Assembly: GCA_965112155.1 (NCBI GenBank)
Contig: OZ218099.1
From: Podarcis liolepis
Taxonomy: Eukaryota
DNA length: 64,000 bases
Direction: 5' to 3' (one strand)
The translations under genes were made by a program, and so were the position numbers. Below are positions 33,404-45,982 of the stretch, piece after piece (the first letter of the stretch is position 1; each line of letters opens with the position of its first letter). Below the pieces are notes generated by a model that saw only the letters and a program-made list of their open reading frames with translations, searched no databases and was not told the origin of the DNA.

Positions 33404-34499
33404 GAATCTAACTGAGTTTTAATGTGCTTTGTAGCAATCGGCCTATCTCTGCGAGGAGAGAGGAAGAATCTCTTCCCCAAACTTCTATTTCCAACATCAC
33501 ATCTTAGTATGCCATTTAAATATAAGCAGATGGTGCCATGCACACATCTAAAAGGTAGGGATTCCAATAGTCAAGAGGTCACCACAGAGAAGGCTCTGTT
33601 GCATACCACTGTCCCAGAGAGCACCCCAAAATTACAAACTTACCCTTTCTAGAGGAGTGCCCATCCCAATACACAAGGAGGCTCACTTCCTAGACTCAAC
33701 AACTTGGCACACACATTTATCTTCCTCTTCCAACAAGCTTTATCCAAGTTTTCATCTGTATTAAAACTATTTAAACTACTTGTATGTATGCAATTGTTTT
33801 TCATTGTTTTATAGATGAAGCTGTTTTTTCCTGTTTCCTGTTTTGTGGTTGCAATTGTTTTATAACTGCATGTATTAATTTTGAAAACCACCCTGACACC
33901 TAGCAGAAGAGAGATCTGATAAATAAAATGGACCTCTGTCTTGTCTGGATTTGATTTCAGTTTATAGGACCACCCACCCCACCCCCCACCCCACCCCACA
34001 CCCAGCCCATTGTTGAACAAATGGGTGACAAAATGGAGCCCTGTGGGACACTGTGGATAATTTCTCAATGTAAATCAATAAGATAAAAAAACAAATACTT
34101 AAAAATAACAACAGCAAGGAAAATAATACAGATGAAATTACTTTTCCAGAAAAATGCTGTGCACAGATGGAGTCTTGCTAGTGTTAGGGCAAATGAAAAT
34201 TTTGGCAGATACCTGGGTGATCAACCTTCTTTCAGACACCTCCAGACATTTCTTATGATAATTTGAACCTTTGTTTTGCGGTCCCTTTCTTTTCTCAAAT
34301 AACATGAAGCCTGATCACTTGCTCTTTCATTAAGAGCCCACTCATAGTTGTCTGAACCTTTTGTAACGAATCAGCTTCAGTCTCTTTCACAGTTCAGCCA
34401 TAATTAGCTAGGACCATCCCATCCTGCTTTGCTACATTCAGCCATGACAGTTGCACTCCCCTTCCTGAGCATTAGGAGTGGGGCAAGCGCCTGACATTT

Positions 34500-34550
34500 C
34501 TGTGGTTTGTTAGACAGAAAGGAAGCTGATAGTGATAGACAGCAAGCACA
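34500..34550 (+). promoter_or_regulatory. Conserved RUNX-ETS-GATA promoter module of lectin C
   Basis: TGTGGTTtgttagacagaaAGGAAGcTGATAGtgatag, ~70-110 bp upstream of the ATG. Confidence 0.6.
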
Positions 34551-34612
34551 AGCATCCGGTTACTGAGCTTAGCTGCTCTGAGAGGCATTCGAGGAGAAGA
34601 ATCAAACCCATC

Positions 34613-37037
34613 ATGGATGACGGCTATCAGAATGAAGACTATTGGAATGAAGATTACCAGAATGACATTCTTTCAGACAAATTTTCTCAGAATGCTGAAG
34701 TTTCCTCAGAGTCAGAACCTGGAAGTGCAGGTAAATCAGGGTGGCAGTGGAAGGAAGCAGGAAGGGAGGAGAACGGGAAATTCTCAAAAGGCTGTTCTAG
34801 TTCTGCTGCTGTTGTGTCCACATCACATATAAAACACACAATTCCCTATGTGAGTGATCTAACAAGGTTATCATTCCTAACTGTAATTCTCCTCTATACT
34901 CATGACTCCTCTATACTCTAGTAATTCTCCTCTATACTCTATACTCATTAGGACTAGATCATGCTGCCACAGTTATCCAGTCTTGGGAGGCTGTTTAGTA
35001 AGATTGCAATAAACAGTCACAGTTGCTGCAGCAGTTGCAGCATGGTCACATTAACATGTTAGCCTCTTACTTGCTATCAGCACAAGCATTCTTAATATTT
35101 ACATTTGCTAATAAGCTTCTTTTGCCCCAGTTTTGGCTCTTTGATATATTATTCCACAATGAGTGACACAGCTGGACGTGCCCACTTCCAGTGGGTAGAA
35201 AGACCATGAAATCTGGAAAGTCACAACGGAGAGCCAAGTAGGTAATCTCTTTAAAAAAACAACACCTTTTCTGTCTCTAGAATCAGTGGTTTTGGACCAG
35301 CAGGGATATGAGAATGCTGCACAGGAATATGAGTACATCGGGTTTTCTGGCGTCCGGCTGAGAAGGCTACCAGAGAAGGGAGAGGAAAGAGAACCAGGTG
35401 AAAAGAGTTAACATACTTCCACAAATGGCACAAATAAATGTTTTTAGTCTCTCTATTGTACTGCAGTCTGAAGAGGAGCACAAATAATATCCCCCTTCCT
35501 CATTAGACTTTAAAAAGCCTTTGTTGCCCAATTCAGACACCAGTTACACTTTCCATCTACTTCCCTGTCCCGCTTTGGGCTCTGATGTATTGGAGGACCA
35601 CATGAACATTGTTGTTGTTCTCATTCCTTCCGTTTCCAAAATTCAGAGGAGTCTCATGTAGCTAAAATGGCACCGTCCACACACAAGAGGGAGGTATCAG
35701 AAGCTTTGGGGAAACCTCAAGGTTTTCCAGAAGGACAAAAAATATTTTGAAACCCAGAATGAGCATGCTCAGTAGGCATGGAACGCTTGCTGTACTTTGG
35801 CAGGGGGGAAGAGGGAAACCTGGATGGAAGGGAGACTAGCCAATCCCTCTTCCCTGTGAATCCTGGGAATTGTAGCTCTCTGAAGAGAACCCTTAACAAA
35901 TCAAAGAGGCCATGATTCTCTGAGGGAAGCCTTCTTTATTCTCAATAGTCCTGCTCCTGAAATCCTGTGGTCCTCCTTGAGCTTCCAGGTTTATTCTTCT
36001 TTATTTGCAGCACTGTTTACATCTGAGGATGGCAAGTGGGGACCCTTTGGCAGGAAACCCTTCATGATCTTCTCAGTTCTGTTGCTCTGCTCCTTAATCA
36101 TAACAACAGCTACTCTCATAATGGCATGTCTTAGATGTAAGTTCAGATCTGAAGAAGGTAAAATCTTCTGGATATTACTTCTGTGTAGTTCCACCTGCCC
36201 CACCCCACCCCCAGAAGTACATAGTGCTGAAGGAGGAAGTAGAGAGAGCGACACTCTGTCCCATTTCTTCTTTCAGCTCTATGTATTCAGCTCTATGTAT
36301 TCCTCTTTCAGTTTATATGTATTGTTGCACACCACTCCAATCTCCGAGAAGTGCCTGGATTCCAGGGGTTTCAGATGTTTCCTTCTGGAAATGAGGCACA
36401 GCAGAGACTGTGGTGTCTTTATGATGTATTTACCCATATATGCAACCTGAGCCTATGATGGAGGGGTTCACAGTATCAACACCCCCAAAAGTTCTTGCTT
36501 CTCCCATAGTTGCAGCCTTGGATTGAAGCAGAAATCAACTATGGCCCACTCTCTGCCTTTCCAGCCTGCAGCTTTTTCTCCAGCTTCTAGTTCACATCGC
36601 AGCAAACTCTGCCCTCAAACTCAGGCTTTGCCCTTCTATCTATCTGAGAGCTGAAGGAGGAGCCCTCCCATTTGCCATTGGACACAGAGCCCTCTTTCCT
36701 TTATTCTCTTAATGGCCCATCACCTTTCTTTTGTTATCTGAATGGCCCCTCACCCAGGCAGTTAGCCTGACTTGATTAAATTCTAACATTTGCTGGATCC
36801 AGTGAATGAAGAGGTCTGGCAACCACAAACTAATAACATTGCTTTTCAAGGCTCAAATCAGCAGCTGAAAAGAAAGAAAACTGACAAGAGAGAATATGAG
36901 GGAAAGGAGGAGCAGTTTGAGAGACTAGGGGGAGGAAAATGGAGTCCCTGTGAGGAGGCAGGGTGAGAACAAAGACAGAGATCAAGAGGGACACACAGAG
37001 AGGAGGGGATGGAATGCTGGAGCAAGAGAGATGAGAA

Positions 37038-37104
<67 letters not shown>

Positions 37105-38675
37105 ACTGGTAAAAGAGATCCTCTTGGAATTACATGTTTTTTTCACATATCTCCCCAGCACACACAGCCAAAGTCAAATCACAGATCACATCTTTCTCCG
37201 TTAACTGAACCCAGATTTTTATGGTTCGCCCTTAGGTGATGATATTTCACACACACACCATCTGGATAAGGCAAAGGGACTGGTTTTGAAATGTGTGTTT
37301 ATTGGCAATTATGGTAGTGTATGACTCCAGGCACAATAACATCCTTTGACCAGCAAAACATCTAAGATATATTAATGCTGGGTAGCATTAATCAACATTT
37401 CCATATATTGCAGGCTTTCCAAAGTGTGCAGATGACTGGTATAAGTTTCAGGAAAAATGCTACTACTATTCCACAGAAAAAATGCAACAGAATACAGCTA
37501 GAAGTTTCTGCCAAGCCCTAGGTGCAGATCTAATAGTGATTGACAGTGAAAATGAACAGGTAATTCTATCTAAGGAATAAATAAAATATAATTGAGTGTG
37601 TTACTTTCACTAATATATTCATTTCTGTGAACACTTGCCTAATATGTGCAATTTTGCAAATATTATATGGCTAGAGAACTGCAAATTCATGTTATTTTCA
37701 TTTTCTATGAGGACTTTCTGAAAGATGAACTGCCGATAAGCAAGAACACTTGGATTGGACTGACTTACATAGAGGCTGAAAGAAAGTGGATGTGGCAAGA
37801 CTTCAAAAATCATTCCTACACGTGAGTAGCATTATTGAGTTGAAAATTCTCTACCATATCATAGCACTGATTTGCAATGACTCCTTGTCCACCCCTGTTT
37901 ACTATGTGCATTAGCTACAGTTAGATCTGCTCCCTAGTGCTTATAGTGCATTAGCAACGTCTCTCCCCTCCAAACTTGACAGCTAAAGCTGAACCATTTT
38001 CCTCCTCTGAGTACCTCTCCTCTTAGAATATGGTAGCAGATCTTCCCAAACTCTCGAAAGGTCAGATTCATGTACTTTTCCATACAGCAGTCAGAAAACA
38101 CAGGTTGTAAACCTGGGCTTTGTTTCAGTGGTGAAAGTTTCTAAATTATTGGTATAGGAACACAAGAATGGCTTGTAGGATCAATCAGCTCAGACCTCTT
38201 TACACACTGAGTTTCTCAGATAAACTGGAGGGGAACAGCAATGGGCTTGATTCCCTCCTTACCAAAGTGAGGGAGAATGACCTAGCTAAGCCTGACAGGG
38301 CAGCTTTCTCTCTGTCTGTGGAATTAACTCATTCATGCATTAATTAGACTTAAGCATGTTGGTTATATGAGACTAGTTATCCCACACAAAAAAGTTGAGG
38401 CCAGCATCTGCTTACCACCCCTGCTCCCAAGTTCATGATCCTGCCCCATATACTGGATTCCCCTGATAGCATGCAATTCAGACAAATTTGTGTTTCTCAT
38501 TTTCAGAAACTGGGATGGAAGGACAGAACCAATCAGTTCCCGATGCTGTGTGATTTTGGACCCCAAGTATGAACTAAAATGGAAGAACACAGAGTGCCTA
38601 AGACGCTTTGGCTTCATTTGTGAAAAGAGCAGGCACATTGCCTGTGCCCTGCAGTCCCCATTCTTACCTCATTGA
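34613..38675 (+). CDS. Lectin gene C: type II transmembrane C-type lectin-like receptor, 261 aa, 6 coding exons
   Basis: Exons 34613-34730 (MDDGYQNEDYWNEDYQND..), 35281-35397 (QGYENAAQEYEYIGF), 36011-36136 (TM), 37414-37559 (CADDWYKFQEKCYYYS..), 37712-37821 (TWIGLT..WMWQD; weak GAG acceptor), 38507-38675 (RCCVILD..KWKNTEC..FICEK..ACALQSPFLPH*); total 786 nt, open frame. Confidence 0.88.
36350..36830 (-). mobile_element. Solo-LTR-like repeat (same family as 14110-14570)
   Basis: Sequence similarity to 14110-14570 seen by eye. Confidence 0.5.
37040..37102. repeat. Compound (CT)n(CA)n microsatellite
   Basis: Direct reading. Confidence 0.95.
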
Positions 38676-39673
38676 AACTTGGCTAATTTGTGTGCGTGTA
38701 CAAGCAGAATTGATTCATAGGAGTGTTTTTTTTAAAGGTTGCAAGAACTTTCAGGGTTAGAACAATGTCTTTCTGGTCCTCTAGAGACTGTGAGTCAAAA
38801 GCCAGTCAGGAAATAAGCCTGGCTGAATGTACGTGGTGTCATGGGGAGGAACGAAGCACATGGGTTTCCCTCAGCATCTCCCTCTCCATGCCTCTGCCCT
38901 GGTTTTTGGAGCTAGCAGTGACCAGTTTGATGCCACCAGCAAGGCTCTCCCTGCTATCTGTCTCCAAGATCTGTATTCCGAAGTATACCTCCCCTAAACA
39001 CGGCTGTCCAATTTAATGGTTATGCCTGGTCAAACTGGGCCCGTGCACAGGTATTTCTTTACATTTTATTATCATTAAAGGAATACCCAGGAAGGGTGCG
39101 AGAGCCAAATCCTACCAGCATATTCCACAATAGGCAAAACAGACATCCTTCTGTGATGAATGCAGATTCCTGCAAAAGACCCCCATTGGATCTGTCACTG
39201 GTAAAGAAAAGCCAGTCTAGGAAATCTTCTTGCCTGCTCTCCTCCCTCCCTCCCTCCTATCCTATGCTCGCAGCTTTCAGCAGAGGGTGGCTTTCTGAAT
39301 AAGCCATGATGTCACCTAAGCATTTTGCAAATATTAAAAACCTCGGAGAAGGTTCAAAAAGGCTTCCCCCCTCCTTGAGCTTTGAAATGGAAAAGATTCT
39401 GTCCAGTTTCAGGTAGCTTAAATAATGTTGTCGGCTCCTGTGGAGGCAGCTAGCGGAGGGAAGAATCAGCTCCATTTCCCTTCACTCTGAATTTATGTTT
39501 ACATATTGTAGCTTTCAGTTCCTGTCCATATTCATTCAATACAAATCTGCTGTTGTGTAAAACATCTGTATTAAAAACATTTTAAGCAAGCAACTGTAGC
39601 AGGAAACCGCCCCCCCAATCATTCAGTTTCTACAAACTTCACACACACTCACACACTACATACACTACGCTTC

Positions 39674-40312
39674 TGTTATAAATTCATAGAAAATCAACCA
39701 TACATCGGATTTGCACTGTTCCACTTTTATTTTACTCCATGAAGGAAAGACTACAAAATGGGGAAGGTTTGATACAGGCCACCATAATCCCTTGAGCATA
39801 CCAGCACATCCACAGGAGCCCTGCCCAGTTGCTATGCCAACCCTGATGGTCTCAGACAGAAGACCATCAACAACACAACCGACTGCATACACGAGTGGAT
39901 TCAACATGGACTATAACAAAAGAACAGTGATTGGATTCCCCCTCAGGGGGCAGGAAACTAAAACTACCTTTTGTCTTCTGAAAATGACTCATGGGGAGGG
40001 GGAGAAGGGAACCAGCCAGGTGACAGGACACTCAGGTTACCACCACCACCCCTCCCTCAACCCCTCCTTTCTGTGATGTAGGCATGATGTTTCTTGGGGT
40101 GGGCTTGACCTACAGGATGGGAATTTCAAAAGTTTTTATAAGGCCTTACACACCATTTTTCTGTGTCTTTCCTCTCTCCTGCAAGTGAGGGGAGCACCCT
40201 GTTGCAACAGTTCAATAAAGGCCAAGCCTACAGGCTGCTGATTTGCTCCAATTTACTCTGGTTGGTGTCTTTACTTTTTGTCCAAGGGAGCCCTCGGATT
40301 TTTCCGGTAACA
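39674..40312 (+). mobile_element. Probable ERV solo LTR
   Basis: TGTTA...TAACA ends, TATA-like ttttataagg at ~40135 and AATAAA at ~40214. Confidence 0.5.
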
Positions 40313-43300
40313 CAATTAAAAGACTGATTTAAGACCTGCAAATGTGCTTACATTCCCATGTCTCCTAAGTCCCAATTCCGGTATTAGTATTACTACTAGT
40401 AGTAGTAGTACTAGTAGTAATACTAATACTAATAATACTAATTACCCCTAAACATATTGTGAATCTAAGTTTGACCTCATTAAGAGCAGTATTTCAATAT
40501 GAGCAGGAAAATGAGAGTACCCCTAAACATTTTTTTTTAGAAAAAAGCACTAGTAAAATGTAGTCATTTAAAACACATGGCTTGTCCTTCTACAGTTAAT
40601 GTGTATGTATTTTTCAGATGTTTGGGCGTGCCTGACAGTATCAGACCATCTAGTCTAGCATCCTGTTTTGAACTGAAGCCTATTTTATCCGTCTCCAGCA
40701 TCTATAATAGATAAACTATCTCTCAGCATTTAGTTTCCATTTACCGGTAGCTGTCATGGCTTGCAACTGTTGGTAGAATTGTCCTCCATTAACTACATGC
40801 TGGAGCAGATGACTATGTATTAGTTTGCAATCAGGCCATGGTACTTCATTCTGTGTTCACAACACTTCATTACCTATTAATTTTTGCATTTTACGTGACA
40901 CAACATAAAAGCCACTTCAGGAAATTTAGTGGAACTTAATGCAAGTTTAGTGTTCATTTCCATGTTGTCTCTAGAAAAAATTCATTGCAACCCCATTTAC
41001 TCAGAAAATTGCAGGAGTTTTGCACTGCAATTTCACGTGATGACATTTGGGGCCGTATCCTGGCATATAGTCCTTTCCCACTACATATCATGGCTGTGGA
41101 GTTTCTGTGATTGGTCTGTGGCTACATTCACAACAGGGCTAATGTTCTGAAAGCCAATCCTTGACTTGTTAACCATGTAACCATTGGACAACTCCCTTTC
41201 CCAGCCAGCTGCTGTTCCTATTAGCTCTTGCCCTTTAACCTTAGGAAAATATTGCTTGAGTCTTCTGTTAAACAATAAATCTTACTATTTACCAACTCTT
41301 AATTAGTGTTTTTGCAGCTTGATTGTATTCTGTAATTTGTATGGTCAGTATGACCTTTGCTCCCAGCCTGTAATTTCCTTTTACAACTTTGAGAAACGTG
41401 TCTCCTGCTACTGCTATAAATCAGGGGGGCCCTGTTCAAGAGGATAAACAACTGCCAAAGCACCCAGCCAGCTGCTTTATGCCTGGCATGAAACACACAA
41501 GCATCTGCAAATACATCTTTAAGCTCATTTTAAAATACAGGTCTTGATCAGATGCCTCACAAGGTCTCTTCCAACTGCACTATTCTATGATTCTGTAAAA
41601 ACAACAACACCTCAGACAACTGTTTATGTGGTCTACAAAAGAATCTCAACTAAATTTTATAGATATTTAAAGAGTGTAGCCATATTAGTCTCTTGCAGCA
41701 AAAACAGCCCGACTCTTTTGGTGCATTTCGCAAAGTGGGCTTGAGTCAGCAGCAGTTCTGGACCATTTTTATTCTTGAAAGGTTAGTCCTTAAGAAGGAT
41801 TCAAGAAGTGAACCAAGCATGGCTCAATGGACAGACAGGATCCAAAAACATAGAGTGCTTTTTCATATCTCAGCTATGCATGTAAGAAATAGCTGTGCGT
41901 GTAGATGAAGAAATATGACTAATTAGAAATATGACTAATTAGTATTTTTTTAAACTAAAAAACATTGGCCCATTGAGTTTCTGAAACTTGAACTTAATTT
42001 TGTTTTTCTGGAGTAAATAACAAATGATGAAATATCTGATATGCTTTCCTTTACTAAACATCTCCTGAGCCAAATTAGTGTAATTTCCCCACAGGCCTCG
42101 CTCTCCACGAATGTCTCTTGGATCTTGACACTGAATCCCCACAACCTGTGAACAGGGTTAAGCTACCTTTCTCTTTTAGTTTTTGGAATGGAATGTTAAA
42201 CTTATTGCATAGTTAGGGGATGACATGTTCTCCACCCATTCCTTTGCAACAGGACCACAGATTTCAGTGGAAATTGTGGCAAGACGTTTTGGTCCTTACT
42301 TGAGTTTACTCTCTCTCTCTCTTTTTTGGTTTGTTTTGTTTGGCCAGTTGTAGTTTCCTCCTTCTCTTTTTCTTTTTGCAGCTCCAGATCAGAAACGGAA
42401 GGTAAGCCGCCTGTTATTGGGATCATTCTGACAATCAGAAAGTGTGCTTTGTTTGAGAACTCATTTAAGCCATTGGCTTAGTTTTCAAACAATGTTTCAG
42501 GGAACTCCAACATTCTTTAGGGTTCTTCAATGAGATCAACAGAGATGGCAACCAAGCATCCTTGAACTTTTCACTTGTTTCCATCACTACTGATCTTCTC
42601 TCACATTCTGGAGTGCCAAAGCATTATTGCATGACCTCTAATGGTGCTGAATTACCTGGGAAACTAGCTGTTGACCAGCTCAGGTATATGGCAATGTCCT
42701 TAAATATATATATCATTTTTTGCCTTCTTGATCCACACAGCGGTGTGCAGTTGGAAAGTATATAAATTTCAACCACTGCAGTTAGTGGAAGTGATCTGGG
42801 AATGGAGAAGAATGCCTCAGGCGATGAACTTAATAGAGGTATGGTGCCGGAGAGGAAAGGGGCAGTGTCACTCTCCTCAACAAACCTACTGCAGTTAGAT
42901 CTCACCAACCCTCTGTCCAGGTTGGGTGGTATTCAACTAAGTAAGCTTCTGCCCACTTTGAGTGATATTCAAGTAAGTATTACCCCACTGAAATTATGAA
43001 ACAACCTAAGTTAGGTGCTCTGAATAGAACTTAGTTAAATACCATCCTTTATATAGTAAAAGTGTGGACCCGTAAATGATAGGCGCTCCTTGAATCAAAA
43101 ATGCATTTGAACACTTAGCCACTAAACTAATTGCTTCAGAATAAAATCCAAACTGCAATTGCAGCTAGTTTTTCCATGTATTTTTATGGAGGGCCAGTTT
43201 TGTGCAAATAGGCAGAGAAAACTAAAAATGCTTTGATCCTGGCAAAGAAATTAAGCTTGCAGAAAGAAGCATCATTTAAATCCTTGGAGTCAGACAAGAT

Positions 43301-43618
43301 GCTAGGTAGATCTGTCTTTTAATCCTTTTCTTTGAGCCAGTCGGTTATTGTTTTTTATTATTATTATTAATTGAATTTATATACCGCCCTATATCTGGAG
43401 GTCTCAGGGCAGTTGACAGGTGTAGACAATCATAAGACAGATGAACCAATTGTAAAATGGATGAAGTCAGAACTTTTGAAGGTTGGGCCCTGCGGTACAT
43501 ATTTTGCTGGTAAAAAAGGCAAAGAGGTTATAATTGGTTTATTAAACTTTGTAATTATTAAACTATAATATATCAGATGGTTAAGAAGGGATTCTGACGC
43601 AATCTAGGTGTACTCATA

Positions 43619-43971
43619 GGTAAAGGCAAAGGGACCCCTGACCATTAGGTCCAGTCGTGACCGACTCTGGGGTTGCGGCGCTCATCTCGCTTTATTGGCA
43701 GAGGGAGCCGGTGTACAGCTTCCGGGTCATGTGGCCAGCATGACTAAGCCATTTCTGGTGAACCAGAGCAGCGCACGGAAACACCGTTTACCTTCCCGCC
43801 GGAGTGGTACCTATTTATCTACTTGCACTTTGACGTGCTTTCGAACTGCTAGGTTGGCAGGAGCAGGGACTGTGCAACGGGAACTCACCCCATCGCAGGG
43901 ATTCGAATCGCCGACCTTCTGATCGGCAAGTCCTAGGCTCTGTGGTTTAACCCACAGCGCCACCCGCATCC
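43619..43971 (-). mobile_element. Full-length Sauria SINE
   Basis: Reverse complement of the 28000-28350 family; imperfect TSD (ctcatag). Confidence 0.9.
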
Positions 43972-44101
43972 TGGTACGCTCATAGTGATCTTTTAATAAC
44001 TAGTAACAATGTGAAAGATCCATGCTGCTCATTGTCCATAAGAGTGAGCCTTGTGTTTGGTAACTGTGATCTTCTTCTTTCTAAGGTGCTGGTACAACAC
44101 A

Positions 44102-45043
44102 ATGAAGAAGAATCACACACAAGTGACAGAATTTATCCTGCTTGGGTTCTCTGTGCCTCCAGAGGTACAGATTGCATTTTTCATCCTGTTCCTGCTCATG
44201 TACCTCCTAACCCTGATAGGAAATCTGCTGATAATGTCCGTTGTTTATTCTGAACGGAGCCTCCATTTTCCCATGTACATCTTCCTCTTTGCTTTGTCTT
44301 GCTCTGAAACCTGTTACAGTTTAGTCATTGTCCCCAAAATGCTGGTTGATTTGCTAGCAAAAGTCAGAACAATCTCTTTTGCAGGGTGCGCTGCACAAAT
44401 GTTTCTTTTCCTTGGACTGGGTGCAACAAACTGTCTCATTCTTACATGTATGGGCTATGATCGGTACCTAGCAATATGCCACCCCTTGCGCTATCCTGTC
44501 CTTATGAATATGCGGGTAATTCTTTGGTTCATAGTCATTTCCTGGATTGCGGGATTCCTCATATCTCTAAGTGAGGCTGCTCAGATCCTTAGGTTGCCCT
44601 TTTGTGGCCCCAATGCCATCCGGCACTTCTTTTGTCACATGAGGGCAGTGGTTAGGTTAGCCTGCACTGCCGACAATACAACTGAAGTGTCTATCTCTAC
44701 TATTGGCATGCTGGGTTTGGCTGGCAGCCTTCTGTTCATCATGTTGACTTACATCTTAATTCTCTCCACCATCCTGCGCATCCCCTCCACGGAGGGCCGC
44801 CAGAAAGCTTTCTCCACCTGTGCCGCCCACCTCATTGTGGTAAGTGTGCACTATACATTTGCCTCCATCATTTATTTCAAATCGAGCTCAGCTGACACAT
44901 TAGAGGATGACACACTGATTTCCATACCCTACACCATAATTACTCCATTTCTCAGTCCCATTATCTTTACTTTGAGAAACAAAGAGATCAAGGTTGCGGT
45001 AAGGAAGGTAATCACTAAAAAGGTACTTTCCCAAAAGATATGA
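44102..45043 (+). CDS. Olfactory receptor (class II, OR10-like), intact, 313 aa
   Basis: N-glycosylation site NHT, FILLGFS, LHFPMYIFL, MGYDRYLAICHPLRY, HFFCH, KAFSTCAAHL, SPIIFTLRNKEIK; 7 hydrophobic segments; acceptor ctaag| just upstream of the ATG. Confidence 0.96.
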   Translation: MKKNHTQVTEFILLGFSVPPEVQIAFFILFLLMYLLTLIGNLLIMSVVYSERSLHFPMYIFLFALSCSETCYSLVIVPKMLVDLLAKVRTISFAGCAAQMFLFLGLGATNCLILTCMGYDRYLAICHPLRYPVLMNMRVILWFIVISWIAGFLISLSEAAQILRLPFCGPNAIRHFFCHMRAVVRLACTADNTTEVSISTIGMLGLAGSLLFIMLTYILILSTILRIPSTEGRQKAFSTCAAHLIVVSVHYTFASIIYFKSSSADTLEDDTLISIPYTIITPFLSPIIFTLRNKEIKVAVRKVITKKVLSQKI

Positions 45044-45982
45044 ATACAATAAATTCAAACAAATTCCATTCAAACCAAATTGCATTTGTGGTTGTTTCAG
45101 TGTATCACTAGGTTGTGTAGCGAATGTCTTCATGTTAGAGGATAGCCCAAAGGGTATGAGTCCTGGGTCTTTCATATTTGACCCTGGGTGCCCTGCCTAA
45201 TCCTCTTCTTGGCTTATTGGGTGGCTGGTGGCCTTACAAAGTAGAGTACTGGTGAGATCCCACTCACACACCATCTTAAATTTCCCAGAGGAATCTATCC
45301 ATATAAATCATCATATGAAAATTTTATAAAAGTTTCTATGATGGGCCTGTGGTCTGAGTCTGTCCATTGTTCTCTATCGCTAACACTTTGTTCTTAAGTT
45401 ATAAATTGTCATATAAGAAGAAAACAAAAGCAATGTATTCTCAAAAGAGTTGAAATTATTGGAAAATATTTACAATAACAAGTCATAAAGAAGCGCTTAA
45501 GATAACATCCTGCTATTTATTGGCTAATGAACATCTGTAGAGGGTTCAAACCCCATGACCTTAATACAGACCAGATGAAATACACTTGAATTTCCTGATA
45601 AGTGTTCATTCAGCAAGTTCATGATGAAGTTCCCCTCCTTTGGTTCATGAATAGCCACCTTGAGGTCTGTGTTGGGGTGTCCTGGAAGTCTGCTAGTTTC
45701 AGAGTATGGCCCTTTCTGATGTGACTCATTTTTCCTTTGGGGCAAAGTCACACCTATGTAGGAGATCATGGCTGTGTGGGCTCCATGTTTGTGTCTCTGT
45801 TGTGTGGCCTGTTGTTGCTGCAATAATAGATGGCTGTGTGTTTTGGAGTACCCTTCTGGAAGGAGTCTCATGAGTGGGCACACACCCACACCAGATCCAG
45901 AGCAATAAACTGATCTAGAGCATCTGTGCATAGCATTCTGTAACTGACTGAGGATGTACACCAATACCAAACAGAAGATTGT

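Noticed and set aside
44051-44101. N-terminal extension of the olfactory receptor
   Set aside because: TTG start inside the acceptor region; MKKNHT at 44102 fits the OR consensus.
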